Shown here: piece by piece, positions 37,963-50,619 of the stretch | How positions within the stretch are numbered: the stretch's first letter is position 1 | How the letters are laid out: each line of letters opens with the position of its first letter | Source: Mobula hypostoma | Lineage: Eukaryota | Assembly: GCF_963921235.1 (NCBI RefSeq) | Contig: NC_086097.1 | Location: 88,414,001-88,478,000, forward strand | Reading direction: 5' to 3' | Length of the DNA stretch: 64,000 nucleotides | Program-made: the position numbers and the translations under genes | Notes under the pieces: model-generated | What the model was told of the DNA's origin: nothing | What the model saw: only the letters and a program-made list of their open reading frames with translations | Database searches by the model: none

Positions 37963-39567
37963 TCCTTCAGGGTATATTGTTTTTTTGCTCCAGATTTTAG
38001 CATCTGCTGTGTCCTGTATCTCCACAGGATTAGTCATGCTCTTATTAAATAACGAAGAAAGCTGAGGGAACACGTAGTCTATCCTTGCTTGTACTTCTTA
38101 CACTGAGCGGCCATGTCCTCCTGTGAGGGAAACCAGAAAGGAAACGGGTATAGCCTTAAAATATGAGCTGGATGACTCAGATGGGATATCAAGAATCACG
38201 TAAAGAGGAGTGGCATTTTGGAGGTCTCTTCCTTCAATTCACTTTAAATACTGAGGCATTTGTAATCTCAACATTAAGACTGATAGATCAGTGTGAGTAA
38301 GAAAGGGTGCTGGGCAACAAGCATCTGATTAAATGGTCTGGTTATCAGATTATCCTGGAGCATGCCACATTGTGGCTGATTCTGTCATCAGGTATTTTCT
38401 GTGTGGAGCTTACATGTTCTCCCTGTGGCTTTGTGGGGTATCTACTAGGTGATCTGTTTTTCTGCCTCCTAGAGATGTGCTGCAAGGTTAATTGACAACT
38501 GTAAATTACCCTTGATGTAGTTAAGTGAAGTGTTGGAAGAGAAAAATTTGCATGGTATAGAGAAATAAGAAGGGAGTTATTGATTGGTTTGAAGGGATTG
38601 CTCTGCTGGAAGCTGACATGAATTTAGAAGAATAAGTGGACTCTTGAGTCATATTAAGTAAAGTTGACTCCTTGGATTCAAGTGTATACATCTGTGTGCA
38701 TGAAGAACTTGACAACCACATTGACTTCTTCGGACACAAAGCCACTGATACAAAATAACAGACATTTTAAATGCAATTTATTATATTGTTTTTGTATACT
38801 TAATTTTCATTCAAAGTCATATCCCTTTGTTACTTCCCACCATTTTAACTAATTCCACTCTATTTATATGTTAAAAGCCGTCTTCAATTTCCATTTGCGA
38901 ATTTTACACTCCCATTTCTTTGCTTCATGTGATATTTTATTTGCTTCCATCCAGAAACTTTTGCCACATTGAAAGAGAAGTTCACATCAAAAGGGGGAGA
39001 GTGCATGGATACCAGGGTTGTTATTTTTTAACAGTGCTTTTATGGCCTGTATTGGATATTGATGTAAAATCCTATTGCCCAGATTACCAGTCCTATGTTA
39101 TCTTAGCTCCGAGACCAATCATCTTTGAAAATATAGCCTGAAAAGTAATCAAAATATAATCAAAGGATTGCAGATCCATGATAAAACAGATTAAAGAAGT
39201 ATCTTAAACATCACTTGGATTAAGAAGCAAGAAAATGAGTAAAACCCTGTGAATTAAGAGGACAGGTTAAACAATGTCACACTGTACCTCTTAAAGCAGC
39301 AGGATACACATTGAAGTGGGGAAGGATGAGGGGAGACAGGGGTTTGGTTTAGGAGTTATCTAGTTAATGAAAATTAAACAATCTACCAGGATCCAGAGTG
39401 TTTATCAGAGCGAATCCAAAGAATGTGGTCAGAGGTACTAAATCTCAATTAGCAAGAAATGTGATATTGGTAAGTCTATTTTTCATTCAGAAGAATAACA
39501 GATAATTAGGCAATGATGCATTCTATATTGCCATTTGGTCTGTTGCTGATGAGCAATTTGCTTTCAG

Positions 39568-39825
39568 GAGTGGTACAGTAGCTGAGTGGTTAGCATAACA
39601 CAATTAAAGCACCAGTTACCCAGGTTCAATTCTGCCACTATCTGTAAGGAGGTTGTACGTTCTTCATGTACCACATGAGTTTCCTCTCATGCTCTGTCTC
39701 TCTCTCTCACATTCCAAAGATGTACGGGTTAGTAAGTTAATTGGTCACATGGTTATAATTGGGCCACAGGGGCTCATTGGCTGCAAGGGCCTATTACTGT
39801 ACCATATCCCTAAATAAAAAATTAA
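39568..39825 (+). mobile_element. V-SINE
   Basis: gtggtacagtagc head, ggttcaattc B-box, V-domain, A-rich tail. Confidence 0.8.
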
Positions 39826-40479
39826 AGCATGGAAGCCACTGACCAAACCTCCGTTTGTCTTCGACCAGCCTGAGAGCCATAAATTTTCCTCCTAAAACAT
39901 TAAAGCATCCAAAATGGATATCAGACTGAGAGCATTAGGGCACTGCTTAAGATACTGTTGCATTGTCTCAGTAGTTCATTCATAAAGCAAATCAATGGAA
40001 TAGCTTCTTTAGGCTTCAATTATTGCATGATAAACTATCACATTCTCAGAATGAAATTGGATTAGTTTCTGATTCAGCAAAGAGAGAAGCGATAAGGCTC
40101 CAACATCGAATTATATTTAGGTCGGCTGGGAAACAGCTTTGCTTCTTTGACAGAGGAAGATCAATCTTTTCTCAGTGCTGCTTTCTTTTACACTGTAGGT
40201 TGGATTACTCCATAATGAGGCTTTCAGAGCAGAGACACTAATTTATCAACAATCGGAAAGATAGAAGTTTGTTCTTGGTTGTATGCAATAAAAGGAAATA
40301 AATTTCAAATTGATGTCTATATAACAGTATCTTGTTCAATAGATGAACTTCCACTTTTTTTGCTGAGTATTTGAACAGCAGCAATTTAGTCTTGTAAATC
40401 TCTTTTTGTGCTTTAACTATTTCCTTAATAATGATCTTTTGAATACTTATACACATGTAGAACGTTCCTCCAGAGCAGG

Positions 40480-40772
40480 GGTTCGGTGGCACCATAGTAT
40501 AGTGGTTAATGCAACCCTTTACAGTACAGGTGACTCGGTTGCAGTTCCTGCAGCTGTCTGTAAGTGGTCTGTATGTTCTTCCCATGACTGCGTGGGTTTC
40601 CTCTGGGTGCTCTGGGTTCCTCCCACAGACCAAATGAATACTGGTTGATAGGTTAATTGCTTATTGTAAATTGTCCCGTGATTAGGCTAGGATTAGATTG
40701 GATGATTGCCGGGCAGCACAGCTTGAAGGGCCAGAAGGGCCTATACCACACTGTCTCAATAAATAAATAAAT
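40480..40772 (+). mobile_element. V-SINE
   Basis: ggtggcaccatagtatagtggtta head, tgcgtgggtttcctctgggtgctc core, (aata)n tail. Confidence 0.85.
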
Positions 40773-41659
40773 ACCATTAATCAAAGGGTCTGTGGACCCT
40801 GGTTTGGGAGCCCTTGACTTAAAGTTATTTTAAAGTAGTCTTGCAGCATTTGTGTCTTTATTGATGCTTTGCTGCACGCTTGAGTGCTCCGTGAAGGATG
40901 CTGATGTTTTTTTTCTGGTGGGGGAGGGGGGATCATTGCCTTGCTGCTGCTTGTGTGTGGGGTGGCTTTGGGGTTCTAATGTTTTAACTGTCAGTCATTC
41001 TTTGGGGCACTTCTCTGTTTTTGTGGATGTTTGCGAAGAAAAAGAATTTCAGGATGTATATTGTATACATTTCTCTGACGTTAAATGTACCTAATGAAAC
41101 CCATTAGGGTTCCACTTTCTGGGGCAGGTAGTTTTCTTATGCTTGAAGAAGAGCAAGTAAAAATGTTATTGGGCCGGAATATATCAGGACCATTGGACAA
41201 GTCCTGATGATGCCTCTTTGCACCCTAATGATACCACTTGGTTTCTCTTGCATGCTTGCAAGGAAGATTGTGCTATGCAGAATGACCCATTAGTGTATTG
41301 ATTTGAGACTTACAGCATAATGTAAGTTATCAGCTGTTTACTCAAAATTGATTGGAATTTTGAGGAACAAGCTTAGAAAATCTATCCACTTGGGTGCAGC
41401 ATTTTTATATTCAAAATGATTTTCTCTGGGTTAGCAATAATTTCTAGTTGAAATCACATCCATTGGCAATTTGACACATCACAGACTGTTTAGTGCATGT
41501 ATCATTCTTTGCTTCTGTAGATAAGTTAGGAGCATGGCAATATCATGTCAGTGAAGGGGCTCATAATGTGATGTTGCCAGCCTCATTGTCAAAGTCATAT
41601 AAAACATGTCTCATGCTTTTCCTTCTCTTTCTGCGGTGTCTAGTGTAAATCAGCCCACA

Positions 41660-42688
41660 TCTTGATTACCTGACTGGCAGACCACAGTACGTGTGCTTGC
41701 AACACTGTGTGTCCGACAGAGTGATCAGCAGCACTGGGGCTCCACAGGGGACTGTCTTGTCTCCCTTTCTCTTCACCATTTACACCTTGGACTTCAACTA
41801 CTGCACAGAGTCTTGTCATCTTCAGAAGTTTTCAGATGACTGCCATAGTTGGGTGCATCAGCAAGGGAGATGAGGCTGAGTACAGGGCTACGGTAGGAAA
41901 CTTTGTCACATGGTGTGAGCAGAATTATCTGCAGCTTAATGTGAAAAAGACTAAGGAGCTGGTGGTAGACCTGAGGAGAGCTAAGGTACCGGTGACCCCT
42001 GTTTCCATCCAGGGCGTCAGTGTGGACATGGTGGAGGATTACAAATACCTGGGGATACGAATTGACAATAAACTGGACTGGTCAAAGAACACCGAGGCTG
42101 TCTACAAGAAGGATCAGAGCTGTCTCTATTTCCTGAGGAGACTGAGGTCCTTTAACATCTGCCCGATGATGCTGAGGATGTTCTACGAGTCTGTGGTGGC
42201 CAGTGCTATCATGTTTGCTGTTGTGTGCTGGGGCAGCAGGCTGAGAGTAGCAGACACCAACAGAATCAACAAACTCATTTGTAAGGCCAGTGATGTTGTG
42301 GGGATGGAACTGGACTCTCTGACGGTGGTGTCTGAAAAGAGGATGCTGTCCAAGTTGCATGCCATCTTGGACAATGTCTCCCATCCACTACATAATATAC
42401 TGGGTGGGCACAGGAGTACATTCAGCCAGAGACTCATTCCACTGAGATGCAACACAGAGCATCATAGGAAGTCATTCCTGCCTGTGGCCATCAAACATTA
42501 CAACTCCTCCCTTGGAGGGTCAGACACCTTGAGCCAATAGGCTGGTCCTGGACTTATTTCCTGGCATAATTTACATATTACTATTTAACTATTTATCATT
42601 TTATTACTATTTAATTATTTATGGTGCAACTGTAACAAAAACCAATTTCCCCCGGGATCAATAAAGTATGACTATGACTATGACTATC
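41660..42688 (+). mobile_element. Young 5'-truncated Rex1-type LINE, a different subfamily from the other copies, with (ACTATG)n tail
   Basis: GAPQGTVLSPFLF...QKFSDD; one frameshift near 41840; then 234 open codons (LNVKKTKELVVD, YKYLG, YFLRRLRSF, HPLH, SFLPVAI). Tail aataaagtatgactatgactatgactat. Confidence 0.92.
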
Positions 42689-43407
42689 TCATCTGGGCTT
42701 CAGGCAACCTGAAGTAAGGGAGGTGATCATCACATGAAGGTCACACAGGAAATATGCAGCTTCCTCGTCCCCTGAGGCAATGTAAGACTAGAATGAAATA
42801 GAAGCAGAAATAGGCCACTTGGCCTTGCTAGTCAATGGGTCATATTGGTACCCTAGTGTTTCTCTCCTACACTGACCTACGTCCTTCTATATCTAATACC
42901 TGGAGATTTACAGATTTATGGCTTGAATACATTCAATAACTGACCCTTCATACTTTCTTAAGAAGTGAGCTCCAATGATATTGTTTTTTAATTATTTGGA
43001 CCATCTGAGTTAAGGTATTTCCTCTCATCTCTATTCTGAATGATTGATTGAGTCTGTAGCCTGTGTTTCTGGATGTTCCACGCTACAGTTGTACGACATC
43101 AACTGTCAGTGCCAGTTTCCCAATGGGCACACTTCCATCCAGAAATGATTGAGAACCCAGGGTACAATCATTTTCATGCAAATACCATCTGTAATTTTGC
43201 CAATATTGGTGCTGGTGGCACAATTTCAGATGGTGATTAGGAGGTGCACAGTGTAGTTGGTTGATTGGTTTTGCAGCAACCTTGCATTCAGCAGCAGCAT
43301 GATCAAGGAATGATCATATGAACTTATGATCTTATGAACTTCAGAAAGGGGGAAGTCAGGAGAAGAGACACCAGTCAGTGATGGAAAAGCTGACAAACAT
43401 GAGAAAA

Positions 43408-43499
43408 TAAGGGTCTCGGCCCAAAACGTTGACTGCTTATGCCTTTCCATAGATGCTGCCTGGGCTGCTGAGTCCCTTCAGCATTTTTTGTGTGTTGCA
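43408..43499 (+). mobile_element. Penelope pLTR fragment (3' half of the hammerhead motif)
   Basis: aagggtctcggcccaaaacgttgactg...tagatgctgcctgg. Confidence 0.75.
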
Positions 43500-43864
43500 G
43501 TGGAAAGGGTGAGCAGCTTCTAGTTCCTGGCCATTACTATCTCAGAGCATCAATCCTGGGCCCAACACACTGATGAAATCACAAATTAGGCATGCTAGTG
43601 GCTCTACTTTGAGAGAAGTTTGAGGAGCTTCAGTATTTCATCAAAGACTCTTACAGTTTATAACAGATGTAAGGTGGAGAGCTTTCTGACTGGTTTCATT
43701 GCACCCTGGTATGGAGGCCCCATTACACAGGTTTTTAAGAGACTACGGAGGGTTGTATATTCAGCCAGCTCCATCTTGGCACAATCCTCCCCACCACTGA
43801 GGACATCTTTAGCAGGCAGTGCTCAGGAACGTTGTGTCCATCACTAAGAAACATCACCATTTGG

Positions 43865-44898
43865 TTTGGACTATGGGATTAATGGATTTGTGGCTAAATT
43901 TGCTGATGTTGGCAATACAAAACGTAACAGGTCACTGTGGGAGGGGTGGTACTGAGGGAGGGTCACACTGGGAGGGTGGTACTGAGGGAGAGTCACTGTG
44001 GGAGTGGTAGTACTGATACAAAGTCAGGTGGAGGAGCGGGTAATGTTGAGGAAATAGAGAGACTAAGATAGTTTAGGGAATGGGCAAAGAAGTGGCAAAT
44101 GAAAGACAATGTTGGAGAGTGTATGGTCATGCACTTTGGTGGAAGAAATAAACGGGCAGACTATTTTTTAATTGGGGAGAGAATTAAAAATGCAGAGATG
44201 CAAAGGGACTTGGGGGTCCTTGTGCAAGATAACCTAAAGGTTAACCTCCAGGTTGAGTTGGTGGCGCAGGAGGTGAATGCAATGTTGGCATTCATTTCTA
44301 GAGGTATAGAACATAAGTGCAGGGATGTGATGTTGAGGCTCTATAAGGCACGCATGAGGCTACACTTGGAATACTTGTGCGGCTTTAGGCTCCTTAGTTT
44401 AGAAAGGATATACTGACGTTGGAGAGGGTTCAGAGATTATTTACAAGAATGATTCCAGAAATGAAAGGGTATGAGGAACGTCTGGCAGCTCTTGGGCTGT
44501 ATTCCTTGGAGTTCAGGAGAACAAGGGTACTCTTGTAGAAATATTCTGAATGTTAGAAGGCCTGAACAGATTAGATATGGCAGTTAATTCCCATGGTAGG
44601 GGAGTCTAGGATAAGAGGGCAGAACTTCAGGATTGAAGGACATCCATTTAGAACAGAGATGTGGAGAAATTACTTTAGTCTGTGGAATTTGTTGCCACGA
44701 GCAGCTGTGGAAGCCAAGTCATTGGGTGTATTTAAGGCAGAGATAGATAGGTTCTTGATTAGCCAGGGCATCAAAGGGTAGGGGGTGAAGGCAGGGGAGT
44801 AGGAATGACTGGAAGAATTGGATCAGCCCATGATTGAATGGCGGAGCAGACTTGATGGGCCCAATGGCCTACTTCTGCTCTATATCTTATGGTCTTAT
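43865..44898 (+). mobile_element. CR1 3' portion, closely related to 24901-25960
   Basis: DYGINGFVAKFAD...VGECMVMHFGGRN...QRDLGVLV; tail tcttatggtcttatg. Confidence 0.9.
43931..44016. repeat. About three units of a 30-31 bp GC-rich minisatellite
   Basis: Units of gtcactgtgggaggggtggtactgagggag start at 43931, 43962 and 43992. Confidence 0.9.
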
Positions 44899-45689
44899 GC
44901 CTCTTCACATCATTCCTATTAAGGAGGAAGTACCAGAGCCTGAAAATTCTCACACAATAATTTAGGAACAGCTTCTTCCCAGCTGCCATTAGATTTCTGA
45001 ACAGTCCATGAACCCTTTTTTTCTTCAGTTTATTTATTCTGTAATTTATAGTAATTTTATGTCTTTGCATTATATTGCTGCCACAAAACTACAAATTTCT
45101 CATCATTATCAGGGATAATCAATCTGAATCTGAGAAAAATGAAAATGCAGTTGTATAGAATTCCTCAGCTTGTTTCTCTAAATTCCAGGTAATCTTGAGA
45201 CCAACAGAGCACAAGTTCAATTAAGTTATAAATCTCAAATCGATACCTGCATGGCTCCAGCTTCCTTTCTGTCTGTAACCATGCAAGAGATGCTAAGTGT
45301 ATCTGTAGAAAGCTGAAGCATTCAGCAGGTCAGGTGGCATCTATGGAAGGAGAAATATGATAAAATTTCTAGCATTCTAATTTCCAACTTCCTATCTACT
45401 CTTACTAAACCTTTCAGTGTGATTACTTCCCATTCTATCAAACTCAAGAGCAGAAAGGCTACATCCTGTACCGTACTTCCATTGTTCCCTTTGTCATCAC
45501 ATGGAAGGAGATCTCCAAGCTCCAACTCGCTTCCCAGCAGCCAGCATGACAATTTTGCAGCAGACCTGAGCTCTGTCTGCACCTCCCGGCAGGAACTGAA
45601 CGTCTTGTATTGCATGATTCTGTGTGCGACACTCTGCAATGCTGCTTTACTCTCAAACTCGTGAGTTTGCAGGGCATATAACTAGTCAC

Positions 45690-45905
45690 AGACAAGAGAA
45701 AATCTGCAGATGCTGGAAATCCCGAGCAACCCACACAAAATGCTGGAGGAATTCGGGTCAGAAGACACTAGAACACAGAGTTCTTACTCTGACTTCTCCC
45801 CTTCCTTTCCAGTCCTGATGAAGGGTCTTGGTCTGAAACGTCAGCTGTTTACTCTTTTCCATAGATGCTGTCTGGCCTGCTGAGTTCCTCCAGTATCTTG
45901 TGTGC
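45690..45905. mobile_element. Foldback Penelope-derived short element
   Basis: Left arm aaatctgcagatgctgg...cacacaaaatgctggaggaa is inverted relative to right arm ttcctccagtatcttgtgtg. Confidence 0.8.
45810..45847 (+). ncRNA. Minimal type I hammerhead ribozyme motif (Penelope pLTR)
   Basis: cagtc-CTGATGA-agggtcttggtct-GAAAC-GTC-agctg: core boxes and GUC triplet intact, stems partly decayed. Confidence 0.7.
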
Positions 45906-46116
45906 ATTGTACTGATCATTAGCACCATATGTAGTGCAAGGTCAGTGTGACAAGAGTGTGAAATGTCTAACTCACTTTCTATCAGCAGAGTTACTGCCAA
46001 ATTAGGATAAAATGTATTAAGTGTTGATTGATTGAAAAAATATCCTCAAAGAGGCACTTTTGCATTTTTATTTCCATACATTTTCAGATATTGCTCAGTG
46101 CATTATTGATTTTGCA

Positions 46117-47155
46117 GTACAGTAATGCTCTGATAATCCAGTATCCAATTGTGCAGAAATCCTGATGTTTTGACATCTGGCACACCAATTAGCTCATCTC
46201 CGTTTCTTCCTGGAGCCCACGGATCCCTCAATTAGTGGTAGAGATCCATGGCTTAAAAAGGTTGGGAATCCCTGATCAATGGATATGCCTGTTCCTTTTC
46301 ATATTTCAAAAATGAACTTAATTCATTAAAAATCAGTTGAGAAAATGCAATAAATCAGGTCAATGCATTCTATTTACAAAAACGCAGCTGCACATGTGGC
46401 CTGTTTGATCAATACAACCATTCAGTTTTAGGTATTCTGTTACACAGGACACAGGCCCTGAGTGCCCACTGGCAGTAGGACTGGAGACTATAGTCCTTCA
46501 AACAAAACCTTTGTATTGGCTGCACTGAGCTTTGGTTTCCCCTTCAGCATGTACTCCTCCTGGAATGTGCCAATCACTTTTTAGTTTTGTTATTCTGGAA
46601 GACGAATAAGTTTGATGCAAACCAAAATGCATCTTTCACTGAGTTGGTAGTATTTCAATAGCATTTGAGGTTTGTCTCAGTATGCGTCCCTGGAAATAGC
46701 TCGTAGATCAGAGAGTCCTCTGTTATACAGCTTCTTGGAACAAACCTTAACTGGAACCCTTGTATCCTTCTCTAGATCGTGTTTGCAAACGCACAGACCA
46801 CAAAGAGGTTGACAATCATGTTGTTTTCATTACAGCCACCGTAAGGACACTTTGCATTCAGAATAGTCATGCAGCCAGGGTCTCTCTCACTGCCAGCCAA
46901 GCAAAGTTTTGCTTACAAGGTTTGGCTAAACTGAAACTTACCAGGTTCCATTTCCTCTCCTTGCTTTCCACTCACTCGAACGCCTTTCCCACATTCCTTA
47001 TAAAGGCACTGAGTTTAATGGGAATTTCATTGACCTCCTGTGTAAGACACAGAAAAACTAAAATAAAAGTGTGTTGGTGTAGGAGGGAAAAACCCAATAT
47101 CTAGAAAATCGGCTTGTCAGTTTCCACCTACATGAGATTATTAGTTTTATGGTAT
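46117..47155. mobile_element. Possible Tigger/pogo-like DNA transposon remnant containing a hAT-like MITE (46210-46273)
   Basis: TA-cagtaatgctctgataatcc at the left and a weak inverted match gagattattagttttatgg-TA at the right. No convincing transposase translation. Confidence 0.3.
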
Positions 47156-47254
47156 TTTGGAAAATAGTTCGTTTTTTCATAACTTTTTCCCTTTTTCTCT
47201 GTTCTTAATGATGTTATAGGTTCCTATGTCTAAGACATTTTACTTTCCTTTGGC

Positions 47255-48340
47255 AGATCCAAAATCTCCACAATATCCATCAGCACAAGTGCATCGCAAG
47301 GCTGTGTGCTTAGCCACCTGCTCTACTCACTTTACACTTATGACTGTGTGACTAAGCACAGCTCCAATGCCATATTTAAATTTGCTGATGACACCACTGT
47401 CATAGGCCAAATCAATGCTGGTGATGAATCACCACATAGGAGAGAGATTGAAAATGTGGCTGAGTGGTGCCACAACGACAACTTCTCACACAATGTCAGC
47501 AAGACTGAGAAGCTGATTATTGACTTCAAAAGGAGGAAACCAAAAGTCCATGAGCGTGTCCTCATCAAGCTATCAGAGGTGAAGAGGGTGAGCAACTTTC
47601 AGTTCCTCTGTGTTATCATTTCAAAGGATCTACACATGGTCCAGCATGTAAATGCTGTTACAAAGAAAGCATTAGGGCAGCACCTCTACTTTCTTAGAAG
47701 TATGCAAAGTTTTGGCATGACATCTAAAACTTTGACAAACCTCTGCAAATGTGTGGTGGAGAGTATATTGACTGGTTGCGTCATAGCCTGGTAGGGAAAC
47801 AGAAGTGCCCTAGAACAGGAAAGCCTATGAAAAGTAGTGGATATGGCCCAGTTTATCATGGGTAAAGCCCTCCCCAGCATTGAGTGCATCCAAACGGAGT
47901 GCTGTTGCAGGAAAGGAGCATCCTTCATCAAGGACCAACACCATCTAGGCCATGCTTTCTTCTCACCGCTGCCATCAGGAAGAAGGTACAGGAGCCTCAG
48001 GACTCACACCACCAGCTTCGGGAACAGTTATTACCCCTCAACCATGAGGGTCTTGAACCAGAGAGAATAACTTCATTCACCCCATCACTGACTGTTGCCA
48101 CAACCTCCGGACCTCACTTTCAAGGGGTCATCATTTCATGTTCTCGATATTTATTGCTTGCATGCTTGCTTATTTATTGTTTATTGTTTATTTTAGTATT
48201 TGCATCGTTTTGCACATTGACTATCCATCCCATTGGGTGTGATCTTTCACTGATTTTATTATGTTTCTTATATTTACTCAGGGTTGTATATGTGACATAT
48301 ACAGTATGTGCTTTGCTAATAAATTTACTTTGAACTTTGA
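47255..48340 (+). mobile_element. Rex1/Babar LINE RT and 3' end
   Basis: LYSLYTYDCV...IFKFADDTTVIG...HLYFLR...VESILTGC; tail aataaatttactttgaactttga. Confidence 0.9.
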
Positions 48341-48584
48341 ATCATGTTATTTTTTTGGTCACAGTCTTTCATGTCCCAGTCATTTGCCCTCTGTCTCACT
48401 TTGCTTGCTGCCAGGTCCTGTTCTGCTGCAGAACTGCAGATTGTTGGCACATGATATCTAGTATCAGTAAAGATATCATGTATAATATACTACTGACTAA
48501 ATATCACAGAAAGCTTAGAAGCACTTCTCCAAGTTGATTTCCAAGAAGATCTCAGTAACATTATGAAAAGGGATAGATGTCCAT

Positions 48585-48830
48585 TTTAATCACCAATCTT
48601 ATTTTCCCTTCAGGGGATAATGAATCTTTGGAACTCTCTCCCCCACCCATTGGAAGCAGAGTGAGTGCTTGATTGAAGATGAAATGGTGGGTGTGGGGGG
48701 GGGGCGGTGAAAGTTTATCATGCATTATATAGGAATATGAGTGGAGTTTGAGGTTCAGCCAATCAGCCATAATCTTATTTAATGGAGAAGCAGTCTTGAG
48801 GGGCAAATAACCTACTCCTGCTCCTAATTG
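48585..48830 (+). mobile_element. CR1 3' UTR
   Basis: gaatctttggaactctct...aatcagccataatcttatttaatgg...cctactcctgctccta. Confidence 0.65.
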
Positions 48831-50619
48831 TTCTGTTCAGTTTGGCAATAGAACTTAAGAGTGAATGGTACAATAATACTAAGATTAGTCATAAGTGCCT
48901 ACTTAAAATGAATGAAAATATGTTTGAAAATTAAAACTAAAATTAAGTTGTGATGCTTCAAAAGAGCTCTCTGTTCAAGTAATTCCAATGACTGAACTAT
49001 TTACCAAAGTTAGGCACCAATAATTTTTTGGTGATTGTTGACCACTGCTCAGAAATAGACTAAGGCTTTAGGAAAGAAAGGGAGAAATTGTTAGGAGCTA
49101 TAGAGACCTGGAGCTATTTTCCATGTCACTGGTTACTGCTTGTAAAATTGCTTTGATCTTGATCCTTAACATAAACAGATACCCTGCATGTAACCCTGAC
49201 TCTTAGCTCCAGGCTTAATGCTTGGCTGTGGTTTGAATTCACAAAGCCATCATTAGTTCTGGACATCCCTTTGCATCTATTTGCTGATTTTCTGTTATCA
49301 TAAATTCAGATTGTTTTTTTTCAATGCACATGGGTCAGAGAATAAATGAGGAAAATGAAAACCAGTGGAATTGACTGTGAAGCCTGCTCCAAGTGGAACT
49401 AACCAGTGGAAGTGAGGAGATAATATACTGGTGACCAAGGAGATGGAGAACCAAACTGTTTGTCTCATTCTGTGAAAGTTTTGTTTGTAGTATTCCTGCA
49501 GAGAGATTTTCTTTGGAAGTTACTTTGGAAACTTTGCAGATATCTGTGCCTGATCTACCCATGAATCTCCAAGAAAAACAATGAATAGGTGTAGTCAAGT
49601 TGATCCATCAAGCTTGCTTCATCATTTTGACTAATTCAATATTTGGCTCAGTACCACCATTACTCACTTACCCTCGACTCCCTTGTGGAGCATGAATGTT
49701 GCTTACACAGGTAACTTTGGATGCAGATAAGGGCTAGTAGGACAGCACCAGCCTGCCCCCCGTAGCTCCACGGGGACGAAGTTATCAACAGAGAGAGTCA
49801 GCATGTTGTAGGCCACAACAGCTTTCGGGGCAAACCTAAGAATGAAGAAACAGGAACAGAAGTACTGTACACCATTCAGCTCCTCAATGCTACATACAGT
49901 CAACTGATGTTAAAGACAGATACTTTTACCTTGCCTCAGTTCTCCATCCAAGTTTGAATCAAGGTTATTGTGTCGACCTCTAAGTGTCAATATCCTATCT
50001 TCTGTTGTAAAAAGATGATTGAATGGGCCTCTTGTATTTTAAGATAGACTCTTCACTTTCTAATCTATCTTATCATGACCTTGCACTTTAATGTATGCCT
50101 GCATTATACGTTCTCTGTAATTGAAACACTCTGTCTGCATTCTATTATTGTTTTTCCGTTGTATTGCCTTGATGTATTGATATGAAATGATCTGCATGGA
50201 TGACATGCAAAACAAGTTTTTCAAAGTTTGTCATGATGTATGTGACAATAACAAACCAATCAGAACCCAAACTGCACATCACTGAAACAGATCATTGACA
50301 TGTGCCACTGACTAAAAATGGTGAAGTTACCTGCTGTCCCTTTGCTGATAATTGAAAGTAGAAAGATGGGACAGTAACTAATTATTTTCAGGGCACGTTG
50401 GTCACCTATGAAAATCATTTCTTCTCCCTAGAGTGCATAATCAATTCTGTAAAGGCATTTACCTAAAGGATCCAGCCCTCTCAACTTCTTTTTATCTGCT
50501 AGCTTTCCCAAAGCTTTGGAGCAAGGTTGGCTATGATTAAAATGAAGTTGTGCTGCTTCTTTCAAGAGTTTAAACAACCTACTTGCCAGTTGATGTGCTC
50601 TCTTCCATTAATGTTAGGA

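Larger units (their letters stand above)
43500..45135 (+). mobile_element. Rex1/Babar 3' portion (43500-43860 and 44898-45135), split by a CR1 insertion
   Basis: gtggaaagggtgagcagcttc, YNRCKVES; resumes gcctcttc...agcttcttccc; tail aatctgaatctga. Confidence 0.8.

Noticed and set aside
39568..39640. tRNA genes at the A/B-box motifs
   Set aside because: They are decayed SINE heads followed by a V-domain and a LINE-derived tail; no cloverleaf is evident.
43931..44016. CRISPR-like array
   Set aside because: The units are tandem with no unique spacers, the context is eukaryotic, and there are no cas genes.
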